DNA of 64,000 bases. It comes from Trichoplax adhaerens. Taxonomy: Eukaryota; Animalia; Placozoa. Shown piece by piece: positions 41,000 to 54,393 of the stretch; the stretch's first letter is position 1, and the number at the start of each line of letters is the position of its first letter. The notes beneath the pieces were generated by a model, which had not been told where the DNA came from, made no database searches, and worked only from the letters and a program-made list of their open reading frames with translations. The stretch is taken from assembly GCF_000150275.1 (NCBI RefSeq), contig NW_002060954.1:868001-932000 (forward strand), in the 5' to 3' direction. Made by a program: the position numbers and the translations under genes.

Positions 41000-41800
41000 T
41001 TCTATACTGTAGTATACTGTATACTGTCTACTTTACTGTACCGTACGGTACAGTACTATGATAAGTTTAAATACAGTAATAGTAATTAATTAAGGGATTA
41101 ATTAATTAATTAATTATACTGTACAGTACAGTGTACTGTGCGCTACAGTATAATATTGTACCCAGTACTGTACTGTACACTCACTCAGTCGGTGTCAGTG
41201 AATGGATTTTGACAAATTTAACAGCCCGAACCGATGTTAGTTCTAGTAGTTTGTGACACTGTGACACTGCACATTGCACAACACTGCAGGCAGCATCGGC
41301 AAATGAATTAAGGACCCGGATACAGACTCCAACTAAGTTGACCGAGATAGCATGTACTGTACTGTAGTAGCCCATACAGTACTGTAGTAGCCCATACAGT
41401 ACAGTACAGTAGGTGCTATGCTGTACGCTGTACTACAGACTTAGTGTACAGTAGAGTAGTAAAAGTGCACAGCGAGATAAAATAAAAGATACAGAGTTCG
41501 TACTACCGTACAGCACAGTAGTTAGTACTGTAGCGTATAGTACTACTACTGTGAGAGTGTGAGTACCCTGCGGTAGGCTGAAGCTCTTGCAGCTGCCATG
41601 GAGTCAGCAGGTAGCAGTATGGAGAGAGGCTCTTTTACTACTGTAGTACAGGGTACAGTACAGCAGGTAGCAATACTGTACAGTATGGAGAGAGGCTCTT
41701 TTACTAGTACTGTGTACTGTAGACTACAGTCCACGGTTCAGCGTACTGTACAGTATGTACTGTACACTAGTACGGTCCAGTACTGGACAGTGACATGCTT
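41000..41800. promoter_or_regulatory. GTAC array region in the ATP5S/PNN bidirectional promoter, with (TAAT)n at ~41083-41115
   Basis: Many TACAG/CTGTA units; 20-bp tandem repeat actgtagtagcccatacagt x2 (41361-41400); between divergent ATGs at 40809 and 41854. Confidence 0.65.
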
Positions 41801-41853
41801 TTTTAACTGGCAACACTGAGAAAGCAAAGCCACAAGCACATACGAGAAGCAGC

Positions 41854-44800
41854 ATGATGGCATCAGAATTAGAACAAAAAGCAAGCGTCTTAAGGGAAAG
41901 GATTAAATCCGTCGATGAAAATATAAAAAAACTAACTGGTAGAGACCCATCTGAAATGAGGTATTATTACAATATTGTTTCACTGCAGTGTTAAAAGATT
42001 ACAACTTGCAAATCAATTTACAGCATGTTGTCTTAATGTCAAAGAATCCATGACTACCACTCATTACAGTAGACTACAGCGCTATTTCCAACTCCTGAAG
42101 ATTTTATTTACCCGACGTCAGTTGAATATTCCGCGAAATAGTTTCCATGTCAATAAGATATAGATTAATTCTGCTTTTTCTGTAAACAAGCATGCTCTGA
42201 ATTAGGATAACATGAAACGGATCAATTTGGGTAATTTGTCGTACAGTACATTATTAATATGTTCAAATCTAAAGCTTCCTTTTCGCTGGGCAATGAGATG
42301 CTACTTCTTGTACTTTTCAACTGGCCGCTGTACTGTACTATTGCTTTTACGTCAGTAATAACGTAACCATCCTGTAATTGACTTTTGAAGAAATCGATAA
42401 GGAAAATGAACGATGCAATACACTCATGCTGTATTCATTAGGAAATTTAGTTTTTATTCTACTGTACTGCAGTTATCCCTGATTATAGTGACACTGCATA
42501 TACTTTTCAGCTTGACTAAACGTGGACTTCTACAACCTACTTTGTCTTTTGGTTTCATATTAAGCTTCGTCGCTCACCAACCTGCCTGGGATAGAAAATT
42601 GATCCCAATTAGTATAGTGATTAGAAAATAAATTTTTTCTCTGCAAGTTAAACACGGTGGCGGTAGGTACTATAACATATCCGCCATTGTTAACTTAATA
42701 AGTACGATATACAGTATACTGTACTAGGCAAGAATCGAACTAGTTTTTCTTCGATACTATTTCATAGCCAATATTATAATTGATGGAAATATAATAGATG
42801 GTCAAGTTCCGCCACTATGATACTTCACTTCTAAAACAGAGAAACATGTATACCAGAATAGTAATAATACTCTATAACTTACGGATCTCAACTGTCTTTA
42901 CTTCTGTAGGCAATTTCAACGACGAGGTATGCAGCGAGGAGATAATCGCAAACGGAGTTTCGCAGAGAGGTAATAATATTGCCAGTATATACGTACACCG
43001 ATTGCGCCTTTAGAGTCACACAAATCTTCTCTAGCTAGCCTTATTGAATCTGTAACGTCCGCTTCATAAGTATTGCAATGTATTAGACGACACACACATG
43101 TACCGTATATCTGTTAGGCTACTATGCTAATGTACTGTACGTAAAGTTCTCAAATCGGGCTCGCATACTCTAGTTTGACTTTTCTATTGCTTTACAGTCC
43201 TTGAGATGTACGGTAAACAAGCAGTAAGATCATACAATGGCGGTAGCTGCTGAATCTCTAGAAAGATGCTAGTTTCAGCGTCTACTGAGATAGATGGCAT
43301 GCAACGTGCCTCGATCCTTGTAATGTGTTTATGATCTACTAGTAGAGTATCACGGTACTAGAGTATGCAAAAATACAATAATAGTAATAAAAAATAGCTA
43401 TGTTTAAAATCAACTTACCTTGCGTTATCTTGCGCATTTTTATAGCGATGCCAGTAACAAATATCGTCGTGCGGATAACAGGTTTGAAAAGAAGTTATAT
43501 TCAACACTAGCTATTAAAAACTATTGCAGCAAATAAATTTTCGTAAACCTCAATGAAATTTTTGGATATTTTTACCCATCGATCTTTAAAACTTGTTATA
43601 CATTGCTATATTTCGTTCAGCGGAGGTCGACGGTCTTCCTACAGACGAAGAGGCGAAGGATCATCGGATAGTGAAGCAGACGAGGATGAAGATGATGAGG
43701 AAGATAAAGTATTGCATCATTTTATATCTCATTCATATCGAGGATATAAATTAAATAAAGTAGATATGTGACTTTGGAATTACAGCATAATATTAACTTG
43801 ATTAATCAGTTCATAGATTCTTATCCGGATTAATTTAACTCTATTATCCGATATTAATATAAAGTTAATAAATAATAATAATAAATTAGGAGATTAAAGT
43901 ATTATTTTTTCTCAATTGTTATCAGCCCATGATTCAATCGTCTGTTGTGGTAACAGAACAAAAAGTTTCGCGTCTGCAGAGAGATTCCGAATTAAAGGAT
44001 GAAAAAAGTAAAGCAAGGTGAAAGGACATTCGCATTGATAGGATGTGAACATAAATGAAAACTACTATTTCTGAGCTCTTAACCTTTTATTATAATGAAT
44101 GTGGCATGTATTTAGGAATCGTCGCATGTTCGGTGCTCTACTAATGGGAACGCTACAGAAATTTAAAAATGAGTCCCAAGAACGCTCTGAAAAGGTGTTC
44201 TATCTTATCAAAGCACTAATACGAATTGCAGGAAAATTTTCAATCAAAGCATTTCCTTACTATTTCTATTTTCTTGTTATTACTCTCTAGGAGATCAAAA
44301 GAGCAATCATTGAGGAGAAGTTAGAAACTGCTCAAAGAGAAGAAAAAGAAAAAATAACAGCAGAACGACGCGAATTGTACAGTAAAAGAAGAAGTGAACA
44401 AGCCGAGTTGAGAGATATTGAAAGGAAACTAGAAAGGATTGAAATGGTTAGTCTTTTTCATCATATTTTAAGAAACAGCTTTCACTTACAAATGTCCTTA
44501 TTACTAATATTTGGCAGGAAAAGAGAATGCAAGATTATTACAATGATTTAGGTATATTTATCAAAACTAAAACTTCTCCGCAGTTATTTTATCTTCCTGC
44601 TGAGCATAACGATAAAACCCGAGAACTATTAGAAAGTTCGAACAAAGAAATACAAGGTATTTTCTGTATTGCAAGAAGTATTTCAACTACGAATGTCATT
44701 CCTTAACTTTGTATAAATTACTTGTGAACAGAACTGCATTCTAGTCGCCTCAAAGAACTAGAAGATCACGAGGCAAACATTCAAAAATTGATTGCAGAAC

Positions 44801-45012
44801 GTCGTAGACGTAACGCCGAAGGAGCAGCTATGGATGTTGCTGAAGAAAAACATTTGCAGGAGGATATAGATGACAAAACGAAAACTATGGACGAAAATAA
44901 CGATGGAAATGATAATTCTATGGACGTAGAAAAAGCTAACGAAGTCACTGAAGATAGAGAGGACGCAAATACGGAAGAAAAGAATGACGACGTGGAAATG
45001 AATGAGGTATAA
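41854..45012 (+). CDS. PNN: Pinin
   Basis: MMASELEQKASVLRERIKSVDENIKKLTGRDPSEMR; QSSVV; RNRRMFGALLMGTLQKFKNE; FIKTKTSPQLFYLP; acidic tail. Confidence 0.95.
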
Positions 45013-46311
45013 AATTAGTCAGGTTGTATTATAAGGTAATTTTGGACATTTGTATTGATATTATTGGTGTAGCAGGTCAATTGGTGTCTAATTTTAAGTT
45101 ATATCCGAACAATCGTTTTACCTTTCGTGGGTAATGTTGTTATACACTTAATGATGCGTAAATTCCATCAGCTGCTGTTCTACAAATTTATGATGTGGAT
45201 TATAACTCTTTCTACTCGGAACATTTTTATCTGGTGTTGTGTACTGTACGTTCTAAGTTCGATACGATGTTATGAGATGATAAGTCGATTCATATATTAG
45301 AGTAGTATACAATCTTGATGGCATTTTGTCATTGTAAATTGAAAAGAAATATATTGCATTATGGATATCAAATAAATGCATTATAGAATGATTATTTTGA
45401 AAATGATCCACTTAAGTAATTTATGAACTATCATATACTGTAGTAATCGAAATAAGCTAAGAGCGTTGATGTAATGTTTGATAGCTGGATACGTTATCCG
45501 CTCGTAGTTTTGGTGATTTTGAGCACACTGCCCCAATTTTTATATCTGGTCACTAACGACGCAATTAGACTAAGTTAATCGTCCCGTGCAGTTATGAGAA
45601 ATTCTTATTGGAATATAATACAGCACTTAAACATGATTAGGGGAAATTATAACAATTAGAAGATCATAAAATCACTAACTATCACATGTGAAATAAATTT
45701 TTACATGCATACGAGCCTACTTATTAAGATGGATCAGTTGTTGTCTGTATATACATATATATATATACTGTATATACCTGTGATTTTAAAGGACGGGAAT
45801 TGTAAAATATCAATTTGTACATAGCTACAAATTGTGTTAATACAATTACGTATCTTCACGTATGCATTGGTATCATTGCTTGAATCTTTTTCACGTACAT
45901 CTGTAGTGCTCTTGCGATCGACTCCTACGTACAGTATTTTGCATTACAGTTAACTTTAGTATACCATAGATCAAAAAGACACAATCCACAGAAATAAATG
46001 TATACATGTATACTATAGCTGCAACGAGATGCTATTTTTATGGCAATAGACTTAATACAAAAATTTTAACTACTCTCTCTAGTGTCGCATTTTTTCTCTT
46101 TCAGTCAAACCAAAGAATATAAAACTTTATTAGATACTAATTATCATATGGTATCATATTTCTATTTACATACGCGCAAAATGTTATACAGAAGTATGGA
46201 TTAATTTATGTACATTAATCAATATATCGTAACAACTTCTTATATGACAATATGTACCAAAATATAACATGATTGGATTAGAAAAATTTGGCAGGCAAGC
46301 AATAATAAATT

Positions 46312-49300
46312 TTAGCCAAACCAAGTTTTACCCAATCTACAAAGTCTGGATTTTTCCTTTCTAATGCAGTATTTGAACTTGCCGACAATAAAACGTTTTT
46401 TATCTCTATAATAAATTCCAAATAGTATGATCAATATAAATGCGGTACACAGTAGGAAGGTGTTAAAATGATTTGCTGAATATACGCCGCTATTTATAAA
46501 TTCCTTCCATCCTTGGGCGACCTATTCATTTGGAAAGAAACGTTACGTATGCTTTTACTAAATTCGAATTCCATAATACCTTACAATTTCTGTATATTTA
46601 TCAGTATAGTATAAAATTAATATAATAACGATATGTATTCAGTATAACAGTAAGTTATACGAATGCCCACTTTGCTCATTACGAATAGATAAGTAATAAC
46701 ATGTAATTAAGGCAATATACGTTGGTGCATTAAACCTTTGAGCTAACAATACTGTATGATGATTCGCAATCAATCAACTCATTGTATCACGGGTATTTAC
46801 ATTAGCATTGGCTTAAATTATTTAATAATACTGTAGTAGTAATTTAAACTTGAAAGGATTCTCCTAATCTATAAATCATCTCATGTTATACATACCTTGA
46901 AGTTAAAATTCTGTTCTTCTTGGTTTACTTGATCAATCATGCCGGACATTTGTGAATGAACTTGCAAGCTATTGTCATATAAATTGAGTTTTGCATCAAA
47001 AAGATGCTTGTTTTGATTTCTTTGCAGCTTTTTTTGAATTAGGCTAGTTAATCCAGCCACAAAAATTGGATAAATGGATTCTAAAGCAGCCTAAATATCG
47101 TAGAGGTTAAAATTTTATATTTATTTATTAGAACTTGTGAAACTATTATTGATAATAAGGTGTGACTTTAGTGTCTAATGCTTAAAATGCAAGTGAAAAA
47201 GAGGTAATAAACCTAGTAGGCTAATACCTTTAGATCTTGAGAGTGAGGATTAAACAAATCGAAGCAGCGCTTATTTGAATTATCACCATTACCCCACAAC
47301 TCGATGGCGAATGAGAAGGGGATCTATTCATATGATATGAATAAATATTAACAGTAAATATCGTACTACTATAAGTTACACGATATCTCTGCTGCTATTG
47401 ATAGCATCGAGCTAACTTTTATTATCCTCATAATATCCTCTATTAAAATTTATCTGCACCCACTGGTATTACTAGTTAAAAATGATTTATTAAATTTTTA
47501 TTTTAAATCATTTATCTTTATCCCTACATTTCGTTTCCCTGCCATATAATCAAACACCGTACCATCAGCAGCATAGTCATTTAAGTCGTACGCATGGCCG
47601 TATGTAAATTTAGAAGCACTGCTCTTAGCCATTATTGAGGCCAATTTCAGCTGTTCTTTAATATTTGCGGGCTTTCGACCTATTTTCTGGGACATACTGT
47701 CTGCAAAAATAATACCATTAATATGTTTATGCATTTAGCAATTGGCTTAGTGTAGTAAATCACACTGTGCCATCGATTAATTAGAATTTAGTAACCTATG
47801 CTTGAAACTCATTCGATATTACTTAGGACGTGGGTACAATTTCAGAACGACTCACTACACTTTCATACTGTGTTCATACTGGTTAATTGTGAAAGACATT
47901 TTTATCGTTATTACTTTTGTGTTAGACGTAGAAGACATGGTCTACGTTGGAAAAACTGAGAAAAAATTAGCTATGGTACAGTATAAGTATCGTATGGGGG
48001 ACCAATGTAACCTAGCACGTTTGATAGAAAAATCTCTCATTCAACTACTGTATAATTATTATATCGAAATTAGTACGATACTTACCGGAATATGGTACGT
48101 ATATATGCTTAATACCAGCATGTAGAGAGAAGAAAGCATCAAATTCGTATTGACTTGTTAAATCAAGCAAGACGTTGCATTCTGGTTCTAATTGATTAAG
48201 ACGTTAAAAGTATTAAAGAATGAAAACAAAAAGACTTCATATTATTTTTGGTAATCTGTGTAATAATTTAACCATAAAAACAGGTAAACATGGAATATAA
48301 CAAATTCACAATTACGTTTACCATTAATCCTGAAATCAAGTTTAAGCCTTTCACTAGTATCGCATTATATCAATTCAAGTAAAATATCTGGGATGATAAC
48401 ATCTCCTCGAGCTCGTAATTGAGTAATGTATCTTAATCCTTGACTTTGTATAACTCCTATACACGATATATTGTACAAACCGAGCTTCCGACACCCCTAA
48501 TCGTACATATAGCTAAATTACTTGGTATATGCATGAGCTAACTCTAAGGACGAGGTGATATCTTGAAAGCAATAGCGAACTATAGCTACCTAGCACAGGG
48601 CGATATCACATAGCTGGTATAATAGTCATACTGTTAACAGCTAGTTTAAGTTGAAAATTATAATACTTTTAATAAATGCAGAACTAACATGCAATTTCAG
48701 GCTCTACTTAGCATAATAGTATTTCATATTAACATCGATTTGCATATTCATTTATTATTTTTAATTTCGTTAACTGTAAAGAATATTTAGTTATGGTGTC
48801 ATAAATTAGATTTAATAAAGAGATTTTGCATCAAATTAATTATCGGTTTCTATTCGAATTAAATCATTTTTATCGAGAATATTACATTAACCTATGACAA
48901 ATGGAGCGTAGATAATTTTTGTTAGTTAAGCTTATACTAATTTCTTAAAGTGGTTTTACCACCTAGAACCATGCATGCATAATATTTTACCAGTACATCA
49001 AAATTTAGCACTTGATATAAAAAATACAAGTTGCAACACAGTTAGGTTGCGGCTCTGCGACTTTCATTGGTGAAGGTTTGCCCTACATGTAACTCTACCT
49101 GATTGATGTTGCATATCGACCAAATAGAAAGTATCAATTTTAATTTACCTGAGAAAGAATGTGGACCGCGATATTCTTCATCTTCCTTATTACTGGAACT
49201 GCCGCTTCCACCAAATTGCCATTCAAAATTTCTATTTAAATCTACTCCAGTACTAGTACCTCTCCAACAATAATTTCGAGTTCGTTCCGCATACTTGCGA

Positions 49301-49842
49301 CCATCAGGATTCAACATTACGATAATAAATAGATCTACGTAAGTTAAAATGTAATGACTGAAGCGATAGGCAGCATTATCCATTGGCCTTTTATCACCGC
49401 TATGTTTTAATCCATTGGTTATATTGGTTAGCAAGAAAATGACACTTTCCGTTGGAATCAGTTCTCTTGCATGTTCGCCGCTAGATATTAAAAGTTTTAC
49501 TCTTTTTTTACTACTGTCATTCCTCCAGTAATTTGTAATGTTTTGTTTTTTTAGATGAGTGAAGTTAGTAACACGTACTAATAGCTGTGGTTCGCCTAAA
49601 CGAGAGACATAAGATAAATCCAGTCTAATATAGTCTTTGAAATTATCAGCCAAGGTTATTATAAGTTCCTTGGTAGTTTTATAATTATGATAAATATTAT
49701 AATCCGGATAGTATAATTCTTGTCTAGGTTTAACATCGCCACATTCAGCTAGGTAAGGGTGGAAGCCTTTCACATCGATTTTTAAAAGTACTATCGTTAA
49801 CAATAATAAAATGCTGGATCTAATCGATTGAATTAAAATCAT
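46312..49842 (-). CDS. Zinc carboxypeptidase (M14) with signal peptide and predicted C-terminal transmembrane exon (46521-46312)
   Basis: GEHARELI (HxxE), LNPDG, WRGTSTGVDLNRNF, FSLHAG, DGTVFDYM, SFAIELWG (catalytic Glu); last exon ...TFLLCTAFILIILFGIYYRDKKRF... Confidence 0.9.
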
Positions 49843-52137
49843 CTTTTTCTTCTTTCACAGATTTGTGCTGCAGCACACAAAATATGATCGCAACAGATCC
49901 AACGGACTACATGGAACTTCTCAGTATCCGGCAAGGTTCTTAATGTTTAATTGAAATATTCGACTACAAGTTGATTAGCTTACCCTATCAGTTTTCCAAT
50001 ATTCAACGGCTTACTAGTTAAATGTAATTGTAAACCAAGTAACAGTTTACGCGTACACTAAAAAGCTACCGTAGTGTTTCAATGCAATATCTACCTTCAC
50101 GTTGATATTATAATTTTTAGCAGGTGTAAAAAAAATTTCGAAGCTTACACTTCCCTCTATCTATACCAGATAGCAATATACTATACATCAAATAAATAAT
50201 ATATTGATTAACAGCTATGTATGGTTAAGCGTTATTTGTTTAACTTTATTTATTTACTGTATGTCGAAGCTGATCCTGAATGCTACTTGTTACTTATAAA
50301 CTCTACTACTGCTACACGAATAGTATACAGTATATTAATCTGTATACAAATAACGTACGGTACGGCATATTAATTATAGCAGTATATAATTATGATATAA
50401 AATGACCTTCAATGTGGTTGTCAATAATAATATATTAATACGATTGTATTAGTATGCAGCCGCAGTCGGTAAGGTTAAAAACTAGCTATTGTTATTAAAT
50501 CATTATCATTACATTATAATAAACTTCAACATTGAGAGCTTAATACATACAAGAAAGCTTTTGTATTATTAAATGAATTCGGTCTAGTTCCAACTGTCCG
50601 GTACTGTAAATAAGAATCTAATTTATTCCGTGTTTTTTAATATCCTTTTATGTACAGTACTGTAATAAAAAGGGTCAATAGACTAAGCTGGAAATTTATT
50701 TCTGCGAGCCTGTAGAAAACTAGACGTTTTAAGTACAGTCGTAGCTTTCTGTACATGGATAATTAAAAATCTACGCTTGAATTATACCGTACTTGCAGAG
50801 GTTTTATACGCCCCTCTTTTTTCTTACAAGTCCTTGACTAATAATAACATAAGGCGTGGAGGATCTACAAAGATTTTAGCCTTCGAACATAAAAATTACG
50901 TTAAATAATTTAGTTTAAATAGTGAGGTAAAATTTGTAGCATCAGTAACTTTATTCGTGTATTTTTTAAAATAATTAAATTGTAATAACAATTACAGCTA
51001 TTGTGATATGACGGTTAATGATGTATAATCGTGCAAGGTGTATGCACATATTGCACATGGTACTGCAAACCATATTAACAAAAAATGAAGAAAAATGCGC
51101 TGTACAGTAATTTAACGGACTGATAAATGCTAACTTTGCAAATTCTTTCTCTACTCCATTATCAATCGTAAGTGCATATCTCAATTTGTTCTTTAAGGTG
51201 GAAAAATGAAGTGTGATGACGTCCATTACGTGATTAAATAAGTAATTAATAACTACTGCACGAGGTTTATACATACAACAGTAAAATTTACGATAGGTGA
51301 AAGATGATAGGTAGAGAACTCGTCTACTGTGCAAATAAGTGTACAGCCAGCACTGAATACAATAGGATCGTTCAGAATTAGCTAAAGTTATGTTTTTAGT
51401 CCTCAGCATCGATATTCTAACGACTGCAGTATTAGGCACGATGCCAGCAAAGTATAGTATGCACACTCTAAGCTAACTTTAATTTAATCAGGCTTTCATG
51501 ATTTGTAGACATCAAGTCGTTAATTCTCTGGACATAAAAATATCTATATATTTAATTAAAACCATGGCTTCTTCTAGTTTTGAAGTGCAGCATAATGCAA
51601 CATTCAGTACAGCGTAATGATGTGCATTGCTCAATTTTTTTTATTCTAAAAGCCGTCTTGCTTTGGCTAGCAAGTTCATTTTACGACGATTGCAGTTAAG
51701 TTGGCGCCGAAACTACAAGTCAGTCGTATGCAAATGTGCTTACAGCTGATTTAGAATAAACAATATCGCGCATCTTAATTAACTTAGCTCCTGCTTTATT
51801 AATTGTAATTGCAATCATCATAGCTCGACTTTCCTGGAGTGAGAAATTGCGATTGTAACAGCTTTCAGAATAGAAGAAAATTTAGGCACCTACAGTGTTT
51901 GGATACGAATACACCAGAAGTCTGCATGTACAGTACTATTAGGTGGAACGTCTAGTGATAGACTTGTCAAATTTCTCTGTAGTGTGCTGTATTATATTTA
52001 TTCGAGTGATTTATTACTATTTCATTGTCAAGTCAAAAGCCGGTTTAGGCTACCTTAAGATATTACTGTACTCTCCTTAACTAGGCATATAATTGCGCCA
52101 TCGTTAAGTCGTAGAACAGTATAAACGTTTCTAGGCA

Positions 52138-52300
52138 ACCCTGTACACTGTACACTCAGTGTACAGTGTACAGGGTGTCTTTACAAGTTGATCAACGGTT
52201 AACAGCATGATACTAGACGCAAAGCAGCAAACTGTACAGTACTGTACACTACAGAACTGTACTGTACGCCTGTACTGTACTGTGTATGTCTTTACAAGTA
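52138..52300. promoter_or_regulatory. GTAC array upstream of TRMT61B, starting with a perfect 39-bp palindrome
   Basis: ACCCTGTACACTGTACACT-C-AGTGTACAGTGTACAGGGT (52138-52176); further units 52231-52285. Confidence 0.65.
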
Positions 52301-52447
52301 CTGAAGGACAGACTGACTGAGACAGCGCAAAGCTCAGAGTCCCCTGTTGGAGGAAAATACTCATGCAAAATGAATAAATTTTAGTACAGCTGCTGCAAGG
52401 TGTGCGTTGATCAACGGTTAACAGCATGATAGTAGACGCAAAGCAGC
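52187..52447 (+). repeat. ~42-bp direct repeat in the TRMT61B upstream region
   Basis: GTTGATCAACGGTTAACAGCATGATA(C/G)TAGACGCAAAGCAGC at ~52187-52228 and ~52406-52447. Confidence 0.9.
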
Positions 52448-52549
52448 GAAATACTCAACCTTAACATTCAAAATGATTGTAGTTGATATAGATTAATCGT
52501 AGTAAGTGATTAATTATACTGTAATTAGTAGTAGTAGAGGGAATCTAGA

Positions 52550-54299
52550 ATGTCGAACAATTGCTACCGTTCATTGCTCAGGCTGCCAGTTGTGAAATAT
52601 GTAGGCTTTAGTCGTTGTTGCAGCTGGATCATGTCGACCGGTGTAAATCTCCTTCATACAATTAATGATGCTAGCTTAGAATCACCATTTAAGTACGATG
52701 AAATTGTAATGGCTGAGCATCGAAAAGGTAGAAAACGACTGTTTCGACTAACTGTGGGAGGCCAATTTGCATCCCCTCTAGGTATCATCCCTTACGCACA
52801 AATTGTTGGTACCAATGAAAGGTCTACAAGCTTTACTTCGCATCAAGTACTCTTCTACAGACCTACTCTCGAAGATTACATATTACATATGAAGAGAGGA
52901 CCTACCGTTACCTATCCTAAGGATGCAGCAGCTATGGTAACTATGATGGATATTGGCTGTGGTAGCAAGGTTCTAGAATCTGGATCTGGATCCGGAGGAC
53001 TAACTTTATTTCTCTCACGTGCAGGTACGGACAGTAATATAACTAATTAATTACTGTATACTCATAGGAGAGCAGAATTTGCATATTGGAAATAGGTCAC
53101 TAGAACGAAATAGTTACGGATAAAAAGATATCTTTATAGTCTGCTTGTATAAAATTGGTTTGAAAGGTTAAAGAATGCAGTACGACTTACAAGTATGCTA
53201 CAGTTTAAAAATAGCACTGAGGTACAATCAATTGTAGTAAACTTCACTATCGTACAGTATAATATAATATAATATCCGTAATTTAACTTTCATTGTACTG
53301 TACTGGACCTAGTTGGTAATGAAGGCCGTATCGATAGTTATGAAGTAAGATCTGGTCATTTAGAGATTGCGAGAAAAAACGTGCAAGCATGGAAAGGATC
53401 TTGGAATGTTAACCATTTGCAGACATGGCCAGATAATATTTATTTCTTTCATCAAGATGTTATTAAGGCTCTTACAATGCCTACAGATGTTTTCGACGCG
53501 GTAAATATCTCATAAAATGCACAGTGCTTATACACAGTATAGTGAAAGATGGCACAATAATTTGCAAGGCTTCTATACATGGCAGCTTGTAGTATTTCTT
53601 ATCGAGCAGTTACAATGCTTTACCATTATATTATTATTAACAACTTCATACCGTATGTTTGATCTTGTCTAATTTTACACACTTAATTATTGACGTTATT
53701 AGGTTGCATTAGACCTACAAGATTTATCGGATGTTCTTCCGTTTGTGTTGAAAGTATTACGGATTGGCAGACCAGTTGTCGCTTACTTGCCTAAGTACGT
53801 AAACCCGTTGATACTATTACAAAATTAATAGTAAATAGATTTTGCCGAAAAATTGATAATATATTAATTACAAAACCGTTATTTAGTATCACTCAGGTCA
53901 TAACAACACTGCAGCGTATTAAGCAGCAATCATTGCCATTTAGTTTGGATAGAGTAGTCGAAGTCTATCATAAATTATGGCACATTGCCCCATCTAAGAC
54001 ACTCAACTTCAGCTCTGGAGCGACCCACTCGGAATCGAATGCAAAGAAAAACGATTATGATTACTACTTAGCTCGACCTTCTCATGCACAGCATCCACAC
54101 ACCGGTATCGAAAATGTCTTTATAAATCCTTTAATATTACTAAATTTTATATCAGAATATTAACTTTTAAGCAGTTGAGGTTATTTATCTTTTAGTCATA
54201 AATATAATTTGAAATTAAAATTTTATATTTACATCGTTCTTGATTTTTTTACTTATGTAATCACAAGCCTTCATTATAAAGATGATAAGAATAGAATAG
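52550..54299 (+). CDS. TRMT61B: Mitochondrial-type tRNA/rRNA m1A methyltransferase; exons ~52550-53025, 53313-53500, 53703-53794, 53888-54104, 54268-54299
   Basis: [57 protein letters not shown] (TrmI/TRMT61B type, not TRMT61A), FDAVALD, YLPSITQV, ARPSHAQHPHT|AFIIKM; Arg/Ser/Leu-rich N-terminus. Confidence 0.9.
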
Positions 54300-54393
54300 G
54301 ATTGACTCGTGTAAGTTATTACGATGATTCTAGAGTAATTAGAGTAGCAGTAACTTTTTAATTGGGTAATATACATTGGTATCAACAGTACTA

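Noticed and set aside
43240-43290. Hairpin in a Pinin intron as a possible H/ACA snoRNA (also 42655-42690)
   Set aside because: No properly placed ANANNA hinge or terminal ACA; stems are short
50975-51466. 163-aa minus-strand ORF between the carboxypeptidase and TRMT61B
   Set aside because: No recognisable motif and composition typical of AT-rich noncoding DNA; more likely 5' UTR or intron of the carboxypeptidase
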